A stretch of DNA of 64,000 nt from a virus (taxonomy: Duplodnaviria; Caudoviricetes): positions 46,135 through 110,134 of IMG/VR virus record IMGVR_UViG_3300021066_000068. The stretch is one strand, 5' to 3'. The notes under the pieces are model-generated. The model was given only the letters and a program-made list of their open reading frames with translations, was not told the DNA's origin and did not search any database. The position numbers and the translations under genes are program-made. Shown here piece by piece: positions 16,835-25,675 of the stretch (position 1 is its first letter; every line of letters starts with the position of its first letter).

Positions 16835-19375
16835 TCAATTCACCGAATAGGTAAACGGCATGGGCTCTCGCGAAGGCTTGGCATTCTGTTGTTCGTATAT
16901 CTGCACCAAGGCTTCGGCGATATCATGCAACGCTTGTTGGTAGAGTTCGATGGTCTTATCGCTGTCCTCCCCGTCCACCGCGCCGCCTTCCGCCATCCCA
17001 TCGGTGGCCGGGGTGATCAGCCCCGACATCTGGTTGAGTTGGTTGTCCACCACCCCATCGGCTTCGGGATGCACGCCCACCACCTGGGCGATTTTCATCG
17101 CCTCCACAGACAACTTCACCTCCCGGTCGGCGCGCTTGTTCTCATTGTCGAGGAGCGTCTTTTCCTTGTCCTGGTTGAGTTGCTTGTTCTTCAGGGCAAG
17201 GAGCGCGGCTTGGTGCGGATCACCCCCGGTTTCCGTCCCCGAGGCCTGCCCGGCAAGCTTCATCGCCTCCACGTCGCCCTTCAGCGCCCGGTCCTTGTCC
17301 TTCTGCTGGTTGGTCAGTTGCAACTGCTCTTTTTTGGTCTGGCTGTCCATCAGCCGCGCATTGGCGGTGATCATCGCCGCAATGGCTTTCGGGTCAGGGG
17401 GCGGGGCTTGCGGGGAGACCGGCGGGTTGAGCATCGTTTCGATGTCGTCGATGCCGATCATCTTCGCCGCCCGCTTGATCGCCTCCACCTGATTGATGGG
17501 CGACAGCGGATTGAGCGGGGCCTGCGCCACCTGCATCAGCCACGAGGCAATGAGCATGCGATGGGTCTGCGAGGGAATGTTGGGGTCCGACTTGGGGCGG
17601 ATCAGGCAGTTGTTGAGCGCCTTGATGAACTTGGCCTTGCGCTGCTCCTCATCCTGTCCAAGCGCCCAGCGGCGCCCGCGCTTATCCCCGCGCCACAGGG
17701 CGGCCGGGTCTTCGAGGAACAGGTTGCGCAGCAGTTGCAGTTCTTCGTCCTGCGAAGCGTGCAGGGCCTTGTGGACCGCGCCGATGATCTTGGTCGCCTG
17801 CTCCACCTGGGCGATGATCGTCCCCACCGGCACGTCGGCGGTGCCTTCGCCCACGGGGATGTTGGCCGAGCCGAGCACGCGTCTAGCGACCTCGCGCATT
17901 TGCTCGGCGAACTGGATGATCACCGGGTTGGGCGGGGTGAAGGGCATGCCCATGACCGTCTGCTGGATGGGCAGGCCGCCGGTATCGATCTCCGCACATC
18001 CGCCCGGAGGCACGCGGATTTCATTGACCAACTGGCGCCCCGTGCCCTTGGCCTTCAAGAGGCCCGGATAGACGCTCATCATCCCAGCGTCGATGGTGAT
18101 GCGCATCAGGGCGGTCAAGGCCTGGGCGAGGTTGCCGCCCATTTGTCCCAGGCCCGCCCCGTAAATACGGTTGAGGCCGGTGGAAAAGCTGAAAGGCACG
18201 AAGGGGATTTTGGCGTTGTGATGCGCATCCTCCTCCTCCCAATTGCGGACAATGGCCAGCATTTCCCGTGAGCCTTCCTCGAAGGTCACCCGGTAAGGCA
18301 ACGGCAGTCCCGTCAGCTTGCCGTCGTCCTCGTGCTCAAAGCCCTTCAAGTCCAATTCACAGTAGCATTCGTAGATGGTATAGTCCTGGTCCTCGGCGCG
18401 CTGCGATTGGGCCTGAATGCCCTCGATGTTGGCAACCTTCTGATCCACCGCATTGGTCTGCGGCACCAACGGTTCGCCTAAGGTCACGTCCCGGTAAACG
18501 CCCTCGTATTGCATCCACTTCATCAATTCGGGACGCATGGTGGATTGGTGGGCGATGAGCCCCGCGTTGTGCAGATCGGTGGCCGAGGAGGAGACGATGA
18601 GGTCCACGCCGTTGACATACTCGGACACCGGGCGGCGCCGCTTGGGGCAGCGATAGACCTTCTTGAAGGTCCCCGAGGTCAGGCCCGTCCACCACAGCAT
18701 GTGGCGCGTATCGGGATAGTATTCGGTGGCCACGCCCCCAGGCGTGAGGAAGTAATTCAGATCATCTTCCAGGGCCTGGGCGAGTTCGTCGTTCTCCTTG
18801 TTGCCCTCATCGTCGTTCTCGGCCTTGACGGGCCCACCCGCCGGGCAGAGTTCGCCGAACGCGGTGGCGCAGAATTGTTCTACCGCCTCCAGGAGGATGG
18901 GATCACGCACCACCGAGGTGGACATGCCGAGCGCCGAGGTGGTGACGTTGGCCTTGGGGTCTTCCAGCTTCATGCCCAAAAGGTCGAGGCACTTGGCGCG
19001 CATCTGCTCCCACTGGCGCCGTTCCTGCTTGGCATTGTCGATGGCTTCGATCAGCCGCTCGACAATGCGCGAGCGCTCAAAGGCATCGAGCCTGTCGGCC
19101 AGATTGTCGTAATGCTCGGTTGGCCCTTGCGGCTCGTTGTCGTTGAGGCTATCGCCGTCGGGATCGATGGTGATTGACCCGTCGGCGTGCTCGATGTGCA
19201 CCGAGCCGGTTTCCGGGCTGATGGAGATGCCTTGTTCGGCCAAGGGGTCGGGCGCGTCGCCCTCTTCCTCCAGATCGATGATCTGGCCGCCATCGGCTTT
19301 GGCGTCAAGCTTCTCGCCCATCAGGGCGGCGATCTTGTTTTTCCCGCGGGACTTTTGGGCAGAGGTCTTGGCCAT
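16835..19375 (-). CDS. Portal protein
   Basis: 846 aa; HYDNLAD, GTFKKVY, YTIYECY, LPYRVT, ADVPVGTIIA..EQ motifs; downstream of terminase. Confidence 0.9.
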   Translation of the reverse strand: MAKTSAQKSRGKNKIAALMGEKLDAKADGGQIIDLEEEGDAPDPLAEQGISISPETGSVHIEHADGSITIDPDGDSLNDNEPQGPTEHYDNLADRLDAFERSRIVERLIEAIDNAKQERRQWEQMRAKCLDLLGMKLEDPKANVTTSALGMSTSVVRDPILLEAVEQFCATAFGELCPAGGPVKAENDDEGNKENDELAQALEDDLNYFLTPGGVATEYYPDTRHMLWWTGLTSGTFKKVYRCPKRRRPVSEYVNGVDLIVSSSATDLHNAGLIAHQSTMRPELMKWMQYEGVYRDVTLGEPLVPQTNAVDQKVANIEGIQAQSQRAEDQDYTIYECYCELDLKGFEHEDDGKLTGLPLPYRVTFEEGSREMLAIVRNWEEEDAHHNAKIPFVPFSFSTGLNRIYGAGLGQMGGNLAQALTALMRITIDAGMMSVYPGLLKAKGTGRQLVNEIRVPPGGCAEIDTGGLPIQQTVMGMPFTPPNPVIIQFAEQMREVARRVLGSANIPVGEGTADVPVGTIIAQVEQATKIIGAVHKALHASQDEELQLLRNLFLEDPAALWRGDKRGRRWALGQDEEQRKAKFIKALNNCLIRPKSDPNIPSQTHRMLIASWLMQVAQAPLNPLSPINQVEAIKRAAKMIGIDDIETMLNPPVSPQAPPPDPKAIAAMITANARLMDSQTKKEQLQLTNQQKDKDRALKGDVEAMKLAGQASGTETGGDPHQAALLALKNKQLNQDKEKTLLDNENKRADREVKLSVEAMKIAQVVGVHPEADGVVDNQLNQMSGLITPATDGMAEGGAVDGEDSDKTIELYQQALHDIAEALVQIYEQQNAKPSREPMPFTYSVN

Positions 19376-19550
19376 GTCCGTTTTTGCGCCTATAGTAGCT
19401 GGTGGTGCGAGCAGCGTGGGAAGCTAGACGCAAGTCTTGGAGACACGCAGGCGCAAAAGGAACTGCCTCTCGAATTCGCAAGAAGGGCAAGAGGACGCCG
19501 CCCTTCATTTCCGGTTGGGTTTGCCGTTTCGCGAACGGCCTCGCACTAAA

Positions 19551-19868
19551 TCAATTCATCGCCCCGGCGTCGCCATTCGCCTGCGCTCGACCCGCCTGCT
19601 GCTGCACCATCTTGCCCTGCTGGGCCTGCATCTGAAGCTGGGCGTTGTGCAGTTCTTCGATGATGCGAATGACCCCCATAAGATGTCCCTTGATGGCTTC
19701 CGCATCGATGGCCATGGGATCGACCTGGGAGAAGTATTTGACGGCTTCCTTGAGGTCGGCCTGGATCATGCCCACGGCGCGCACCGGGGTGATGTGGATG
19801 GGCTCGGGGGCCTTGGGCATCTCAACGGCGGCACCAGGAAGAAGGTTGGGGGCTTTGTTCTTCGACAT
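19551..19868 (-). CDS. Hypothetical protein
   Basis: 105 aa, GAGG RBS. Confidence 0.6.
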   Translation of the reverse strand: MSKNKAPNLLPGAAVEMPKAPEPIHITPVRAVGMIQADLKEAVKYFSQVDPMAIDAEAIKGHLMGVIRIIEELHNAQLQMQAQQGKMVQQQAGRAQANGDAGAMN

Positions 19869-19990
19869 CAACTGGCCTCTATGTTTGGTTGCGCTGATTC
19901 GATAGGAAGATTACCATTATCACGCTGAGCGCACCACAGCGGCAGCGTTGGAGAAAGTCACCCAAACGCATCTGCGGAGGGAAGAAAGAC

Positions 19991-20218
19991 ATGCAGGCAA
20001 GAACCGGCGCGAGCCCGCTCGTCTTCTGTTACCAGTGCGGTGCGCCGTCTCATGGGCGCATGACCGCCGATGGTGATTATAACGCTCTGTGCGAGCACCT
20101 GTGCGAGACTTGTAAGCCATCGCTTGGCCCTGTAGCCCAAGCCTATGTGGACGCCGCGGAAACCCTCGAAATTGTCCGCGACCCGGTCATCACCGACATC
20201 CCGGAACCCAAAGCATGA
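19991..20218 (+). CDS. Small Zn-binding protein
   Basis: CYQCG...LCETC. Confidence 0.5.
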   Translation: MQARTGASPLVFCYQCGAPSHGRMTADGDYNALCEHLCETCKPSLGPVAQAYVDAAETLEIVRDPVITDIPEPKA

Positions 20219-20439
20219 GCGATCCACTAGCCGACGCCCAAGCGCTCCTCAATAAAGCCCAGACCGAGTTTCTTGGTGCCGACCCCAGCAAAGAGCAGAT
20301 GAGCGCATGGTTCAATGCCTGCCTCAACTCCGCCTGTGGGCCAATTGGCGACAAATATGGGAACGTTGCCGTCTATGGGCTGTTGAAGGTGTGGATTGCC
20401 AGCGTTGAATCCAGACTGACCCTGGAGGAGAAGAGATGA
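20215..20439 (+). CDS. Hypothetical protein
   Basis: ATGA-coupled 74 aa ORF. Confidence 0.5.
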   Translation: MSDPLADAQALLNKAQTEFLGADPSKEQMSAWFNACLNSACGPIGDKYGNVAVYGLLKVWIASVESRLTLEEKR

Positions 20440-20555
20440 CCGTATCGCGTCGCAGTCTCCTCGTTGGCCTTGGAACCACCTTGGTCTGTGCTCCGGCGAG
20501 CTTTTATCCTTTAGCCCGAGCAAGATCGAACGCCACGCGGGATAGGCCGCCCTTA

Positions 20556-20816
20556 CTACCTCTGAACCACAAAGTCCGCCCCACACACGTCGCACTCAAA
20601 CGCATCGTCCTTGGTCCCCGAAGGGATGGGATCAAGGTTCGCCCGGCGCTCCTTCAATATCCAGCAGGCCGGGCACTGGTATTCGAGCTTCACGCGGGGC
20701 TTGAAGAGTTGCAGACGCAGCGCCAAAGTTTCGGTGCTCGCCCCCACCTGCTTGGAGGCGTGATTGGTGATCCACTTGGCCTCTTCGATCAGGCCCCGTT
20801 CAATGACATCCGACAT
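20556..20816 (-). CDS. Zn-ribbon protein
   Basis: CPAC...CDVC, coupled to the terL stop. Confidence 0.6.
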   Translation of the reverse strand: MSDVIERGLIEEAKWITNHASKQVGASTETLALRLQLFKPRVKLEYQCPACWILKERRANLDPIPSGTKDDAFECDVCGADFVVQR

Positions 20817-22570
20817 TAGACCTCATACAGCGGAGACTGTTGGGGGCGATGCTTGGCCTTCTCGCGTTCCACATAATTGCGCTCATCGCGGCGAATGGCG
20901 TAGCCGTTGCGGCGCAGGTACTTGAGGGCCATGGACACGGTATCGGGTATATCATCATGGGCGCCCTTGGGAAAGATCGCCATCTCGTCGATCACCATCT
21001 TGGCGAACGGGGGATAGGCGACATTGCCGTCCTCATCGACGCTCGCCGGGACATAGATCATCTCGTCGGTGAAGAGGTCCACCACCGAGTTGGCTCTGGC
21101 CCACTTATCGCCGCCCCTGGGGTCCTCCATGTGGATGCCCCAGCTTCGATCCCCGCACAGGCGTCTGATCTCTTTGTTGACATCGTGCGCCCGGGTCTTG
21201 TTCTCGATGACCAGAAGCTCGACCTTGCACTTGTTGCAGGTGTGGATGACCCACTCGCACAGGCCCCATTTGGGGCTGGCCCGACGCGTATAGACGGCCT
21301 CGCTTTCGCCCGGCTCGCGCTCCAGGATTTCCCCGTGCAGTTCCTTCAGTTGCTTCTTCCAGGCATCGAGCAGCAGGATGCGCCGGTTCTGCGAGCGGAT
21401 GTCGTCATAGACCGCCCACACGGTCAACGCTGAAAAGTCGTTGATCTCTTTTTCGGAGAAGGCGGTATCGAGTGAGGCCATGACAAAGATCGGCACGAAG
21501 GGCGGATCGAAGGCGACCTTGCGGGTGTTGGGATCGCGGCGCATCTCATGCACCTGCCACCAGTGCTCCTTGAAGAGACCGCCGCCGCGCGGAATGGGCG
21601 TCTGTTGATACTGTCCCGACCACAGATAGGCGTTGGCCTTGAAGGAGGCGAGCACTTCTGGCGGATAGCGCCCTTCCCAAGCGAGTTCACCGTCCCACTG
21701 TCTGGGGTCTTCACCATTGTTCCAACCCTTATAGTGAGAGAAATGCCGGTTAGGCTCGTACTCCATGGGGATGATCAGATGGCAGTAGTCCTTGGGGAGA
21801 TGCTTGCGGATTTCCCCGGCGGCGTCGTCCTCGTACAGGCGCTGCATGATGACCACGATGGCGTCGCGGCGCAGGTCGTTGAGACGGTTCTGCATGGCTT
21901 CCCGCACCCAGGTGGTGACCGCCAAGCGAGCCTCGACCGTCTCTTGCGTGCCCTTCAGCTTGTGTGGATCGTCGAGGATCACCCGATGGCCACGCTCGCC
22001 CGTGCCGACGCCGCCGAACGAGGATGCGAAGCTCGACCCCGTCTTGTCATTGGTCACCGTGACCTTGCCGTCTCCCACTACCCGGAAGACGTGCCCCCAT
22101 AGCTCCTGGTAGGCTTGCGAGCAAATGAGGTCGCGGAACTTGGCGTTGTCACGCTCGGTGAGGTGCGGCGAATAGGAGAACGACACATAGCGCAGATGTG
22201 GAAGCCCCATCGGCCCCCATTCCCAGGCCTTCCAGAAGACCTGGACGAGCAATGATTTCATGAAACCGGGCGGCACGTTGCAGAGGAAACGGTTGAAGGG
22301 CTTTTCCTCCCCGGCGATGTCAACCAATTCCTTGCGGGTAATGGCCTCAAGGTGGGCACACATGCATTCCAGCGGCCAGCCTTCCAGAAAGGGATCGACG
22401 GGCTCCAACACGTGCCAGAAATAGCGAATGAAGTCGAGAAGACCGCCTTGCGGGTTGGATTGCTTGCGCCGTTCCGCCCTCAGGTGCTTTTCCCTAAGTG
22501 CTTGAGCTAGACTCTCTTTTTTGGCTCGGATATCCCCATCGAGCAAACCTGAGGGTAGTTCGGCCGTCAT
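20816..22570 (-). CDS. terL: Terminase large subunit
   Basis: Walker A VPPGFMKS, Walker B VILDDPH, IMQRL, YQQ.P, SLDTAF, HDDIPD nuclease motifs. Confidence 0.95.
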   Translation of the reverse strand: MTAELPSGLLDGDIRAKKESLAQALREKHLRAERRKQSNPQGGLLDFIRYFWHVLEPVDPFLEGWPLECMCAHLEAITRKELVDIAGEEKPFNRFLCNVPPGFMKSLLVQVFWKAWEWGPMGLPHLRYVSFSYSPHLTERDNAKFRDLICSQAYQELWGHVFRVVGDGKVTVTNDKTGSSFASSFGGVGTGERGHRVILDDPHKLKGTQETVEARLAVTTWVREAMQNRLNDLRRDAIVVIMQRLYEDDAAGEIRKHLPKDYCHLIIPMEYEPNRHFSHYKGWNNGEDPRQWDGELAWEGRYPPEVLASFKANAYLWSGQYQQTPIPRGGGLFKEHWWQVHEMRRDPNTRKVAFDPPFVPIFVMASLDTAFSEKEINDFSALTVWAVYDDIRSQNRRILLLDAWKKQLKELHGEILEREPGESEAVYTRRASPKWGLCEWVIHTCNKCKVELLVIENKTRAHDVNKEIRRLCGDRSWGIHMEDPRGGDKWARANSVVDLFTDEMIYVPASVDEDGNVAYPPFAKMVIDEMAIFPKGAHDDIPDTVSMALKYLRRNGYAIRRDERNYVEREKAKHRPQQSPLYEV

Positions 22571-22599
22571 TTGCCCTCACCTAAGGGTCCTTTCCACCC

Positions 22600-23064
22600 T
22601 CAGTGCCGGGTGCTCACGCCAAGCTCTTTGGACAAACTCTTAACGAAGGCATCAAGCTCCTCGTCGGGCATCTGGGAGAAAGCGCCCGCCTCGCCCTGCT
22701 CCACCTGCTTAACATAGAATCTACGCAGTTCGCCGCGCTTGACCTCGGCAGTAATGGCGGCAGCGAACTTACCGTCTGCCTTGGCCGCATCGCGCAACTC
22801 TTCGAGGTTCTTGTCGTGCTGCTCCAGGGTCATCAACCCCTTCACTTCGGCTTGTATCTGAATCCTTTCCGCATGCCGCTCCAGGCCCCGGGTAATCTGA
22901 GGGCCAAGCTCCTTGTGCTTCAGAAGCTTCTGGACTTCCGCGTCGATGGCGGAATCGGACATGCCGTCGGCCTCGTAGGCGATCTTGTACGCCTCACGAC
23001 CGTTTCGCTTTTCGAGGTACGCAATACGGAACGCCTCCTGCTTGGGAGTGAGCTTCCGTGTCAT
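22600..23064 (-). CDS. terS: Terminase small subunit
   Basis: LTPKQEAF..AY...AYKIAY HTH; directly upstream of terL. Confidence 0.85.
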   Translation of the reverse strand: MTRKLTPKQEAFRIAYLEKRNGREAYKIAYEADGMSDSAIDAEVQKLLKHKELGPQITRGLERHAERIQIQAEVKGLMTLEQHDKNLEELRDAAKADGKFAAAITAEVKRGELRRFYVKQVEQGEAGAFSQMPDEELDAFVKSLSKELGVSTRH

Positions 23065-23387
23065 TGACCCTGTCTCTTCGTGCCCCATACTGGCTTGGAC
23101 TGCCAAAACTCAAAAATACCGTCATCTGCTTTGGCTACATCTGGAAAGTGCTCCCGCAACGCCTCAAGGGGCTCCACGCCTTTTGGTACACAGACGAACA
23201 AATAAGCGTCCAGAATCTTGTCTCTGACCTTCACGACCCCCTTGGGCAACTTGACTTGCACGTCCTTGAGTACTGAAAAAGCCATCCCCGGGTGCTTTTT
23301 CAGTACACCCAGAAGCCTCTGCGCATACCCATCGTCCGTTTCGAACGGGTATCGGGCCGTACCGCGAAGGGCGGGAACCATTTGCAT
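23061..23387 (-). CDS. Hypothetical protein
   Basis: 108 aa coupled to terS. Confidence 0.6.
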   Translation of the reverse strand: MQMVPALRGTARYPFETDDGYAQRLLGVLKKHPGMAFSVLKDVQVKLPKGVVKVRDKILDAYLFVCVPKGVEPLEALREHFPDVAKADDGIFEFWQSKPVWGTKRQGQ

Positions 23388-23394
23388 GTCCTAC

Positions 23395-23661
23395 CTACTT
23401 GTAAACCACCGTCCAAGGCTGGATGGAGTTGCCGATCCTTACTTCGGAGGGTGCGTTGAAGGTGTGGGTATGCCCTGGGTCTACGATCACCTCGACTACG
23501 TTCGCGCTCTCGTCCCAATCTGCCGGATACGACCACTGCATGTCCCCAGCGGTGACAACGGCGTCCTGCGCCCCCAGGAAGGGCTGCGGCGGCTCCAGCT
23601 TGGCAGCAATGGCCCCCAGGGCCCCAAAGCCGAGGAAGGTGAGGAATGATCTACGGTTCAC
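23395..23661 (-). CDS. Small protein with a twin-arginine (Tat) signal
   Basis: MNRRSFLTFLGFGALGAIAA. Confidence 0.65.
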   Translation of the reverse strand: MNRRSFLTFLGFGALGAIAAKLEPPQPFLGAQDAVVTAGDMQWSYPADWDESANVVEVIVDPGHTHTFNAPSEVRIGNSIQPWTVVYK

Positions 23662-23987
23662 TTCACCTTCTCCAAGTCGTCCACCAGAGCACGCAGTCTA
23701 GGTGAGAACTGAACCTTATAGGCCTCACTCTCAATCTCATCCCACGTCGCAAGGGTTGCGCGCTTATACGCTACTGGACGACGGGAGGCGAATTTCCAGG
23801 CTGAGCCAGAAAACAGGGCCGCGCAGACATCCAGGTTGCCGCTACTGTAGTCGGCGTCCATATCCAATTCTATCAGGCGCCCATGATCCCGCTCTTGCTT
23901 TCCACAGAACTCGTAGAGCCCGGGGAGCAGAAGGTCACGAACTCGCCTTAGTTTTTGCTGCGCAGCGGAGAGCGTCGGGGCTTCCAT
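23658..23987 (-). CDS. Hypothetical protein carrying an MCP N-terminal motif
   Basis: RDLLLPGLYE matches MCP RDLLRPGLYE. Confidence 0.65.
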   Translation of the reverse strand: MEAPTLSAAQQKLRRVRDLLLPGLYEFCGKQERDHGRLIELDMDADYSSGNLDVCAALFSGSAWKFASRRPVAYKRATLATWDEIESEAYKVQFSPRLRALVDDLEKVK

Positions 23988-24181
23988 CACTCCTCCAAAT
24001 ACGTCAGCTTCGGCAAGCTCACCGTCGTGGGGCGGAAGTTCTCCGCGTGCTTCACCATGGAGGCGATGCGGGATTTGCGGTTCATGCGCCCACCCAAGGT
24101 CTTCATCTTTGCCGCCTTGGTGGGGCTGATGGTTTGGAAGAACTCACGCTGATCCTCGGCGTCGTCGATATTCAAGTCCAT
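23987..24181 (-). CDS. Small protein with C-terminal SLPKLTYLE motif
   Basis: 64 aa coupled ORF. Confidence 0.6.
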   Translation of the reverse strand: MDLNIDDAEDQREFFQTISPTKAAKMKTLGGRMNRKSRIASMVKHAENFRPTTVSLPKLTYLEE

Positions 24182-24183
24182 GA

Positions 24184-24396
24184 CTACTCCGTCTCTAGGT
24201 ACTTGAGCTTGGGGAGGGTGAGGGGTGGGTTGCGGCGCTCATCGGATTTGCGTTGCGTATCGCTATTCCAGGCCAGCACCCGATCCAGCGACCCGTACAG
24301 CATCCTGCGGGTGTTCTTGCGTAGCTTGTTGATCTCGGGGGCCTCTTTGCCCCCGCATCCCTCGTGGTCCTCGACAAGCTCTGATACCTCGGACAC
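24184..24396 (-). CDS. Small protein with C-terminal TLPKLKYLE motif
   Basis: 70 aa ORF in the operon. Confidence 0.6.
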   Translation of the reverse strand: MSEVSELVEDHEGCGGKEAPEINKLRKNTRRMLYGSLDRVLAWNSDTQRKSDERRNPPLTLPKLKYLETE

Positions 24397-24397
24397 C

Positions 24398-24751
24398 TCA
24401 GTTCACCTTGCTGTTGGGGCCCCACTGGGGCTTGTGCAGCGTTTCGACGTTGGCGCTGCGGTCGGTCTTCTCCCGCGCCTTGCGGCATTGCTCCAGGCGC
24501 TTTTCAATGTATTCCCTGCCCACCTCGATACCCACAGAGACCAGATGCTCCTTGAGGGCCTTGATGTCGGAGGTGCGGGCCTTGAGGGCAATGGCGCGAA
24601 TGACCTCCAGGGCGTCGGCCCTTTCCTCCTTGCCGAGCAGGTCCACGACGTTTTCCCACTTCTGGGCGTTCTCCAGAAACACCAGATCGTCGATGCTCTG
24701 GTTGAGCTTCTGGAGGGAGACGTTGGCGTGGACCAGTTCGGACGGGTTCAT
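24398..24751 (-). CDS. Hypothetical protein
   Basis: 117 aa, GAGG RBS, GC3-biased codons. Confidence 0.65.
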   Translation of the reverse strand: MNPSELVHANVSLQKLNQSIDDLVFLENAQKWENVVDLLGKEERADALEVIRAIALKARTSDIKALKEHLVSVGIEVGREYIEKRLEQCRKAREKTDRSANVETLHKPQWGPNSKVN

Positions 24752-24757
24752 GGGGCC

Positions 24758-25048
24758 TCAGTCGTTTTGATGTTCGAGCAGCCAATCGGGCAAGGAGCGC
24801 TGATCACCCCGCAAATCCCGCACCATTATATCCGCCTTGATTCCGCCATCCGTCAACGGCTCACCCTCTTCCTTCAGGCGGGCTTGCAGGCGCCGCAGTT
24901 CCTTGAGGTCCGACTTGATCTTATCGAGCACCCCGCCATGGACAATCGGGGTATAGGCCCCGGGATTGGCCGCCCATTCCATGATCATTGCCTCACGGCG
25001 CTGGACGATGGAATTGATGGCGCGCTCGTAATCGGTATCGCTGATCAT
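24758..25048 (-). CDS. Hypothetical protein
   Basis: 96 aa ORF in the operon. Confidence 0.55.
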   Translation of the reverse strand: MISDTDYERAINSIVQRREAMIMEWAANPGAYTPIVHGGVLDKIKSDLKELRRLQARLKEEGEPLTDGGIKADIMVRDLRGDQRSLPDWLLEHQND

Positions 25049-25055
25049 CGGGCCC

Positions 25056-25262
25056 TCACAGATTCGCAATGGTTCCGACCCTCGCACAGGTATAGCCTTG
25101 GGTGATGGTCCAGTTGGGGTTATCCATAACCCATTGACCCAGGACCTGCTGGCCGAACAGCGCGCATTGCATCGAGGTCACCTGGGGAAGCAGGGGAATG
25201 TGAACATCCCTGCACGACTGGCCCGCAAGCAACGAGCACGACATGAAAACCAATTCCAGCAT
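25056..25262 (-). CDS. Small Cys-containing exported protein of alphaproteobacterial type
   Basis: MLELVFMSC...C...QC...QW...NPNW...YTC; AAGGAG RBS. Confidence 0.65.
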   Translation of the reverse strand: MLELVFMSCSLLAGQSCRDVHIPLLPQVTSMQCALFGQQVLGQWVMDNPNWTITQGYTCARVGTIANL

Positions 25263-25566
25263 GGCGTGGGCTCCTTCTCCAAAAGGTTACGCCCGACCGA
25301 CGCTTCTCCCATAAAATCTTGCCGGTTCATCCCGGCTTCACGTGACCGCCTTAGTCATGACAAACTGTTACGGGATATTACAAACGTTCCACGGCGAGAC
25401 ACCTCCCTGAGTGCCCCAGTGCTGCGTTATCTTAGGTCGCTGATTGGAACTCCTGAGTAGCGTACCCGTTATGTGTGCGTAGCGTATCCCTCTACTGTTG
25501 CGTAACTGTAGCGTGCCGCGTTAGCAGCCAACTAGCTCCCCCGGTTAGGTAAGCTGACGATCCAGG

Positions 25567-25603
25567 AAAACCCCTCTGCACTCGTATTGCGCAGAGGGGT
25601 TTT
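25567..25603. terminator. Bidirectional intrinsic terminator
   Basis: AAAACCCCTCTGC-loop-GCAGAGGGGTTTT. Confidence 0.75.
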
Positions 25604-25675
25604 CTTGTGGGCTCGTCCCCGACATGCCATCCCACCACGATTCGCGGCATGGGCGTAGGCCTTCTGGGGCACACG

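Noticed and set aside
16814-18271. Long plus-strand ORFs (also 1716-2855, 23702-25105, 26469-27464, 14608-15585)
   Set aside because: Antisense shadows of GC3-biased minus-strand genes
8700-19470. Sigma-54 (-24/-12) interpretation of the late TTGC motif
   Set aside because: GG-to-GC spacing is 11-14 nt instead of the required 10
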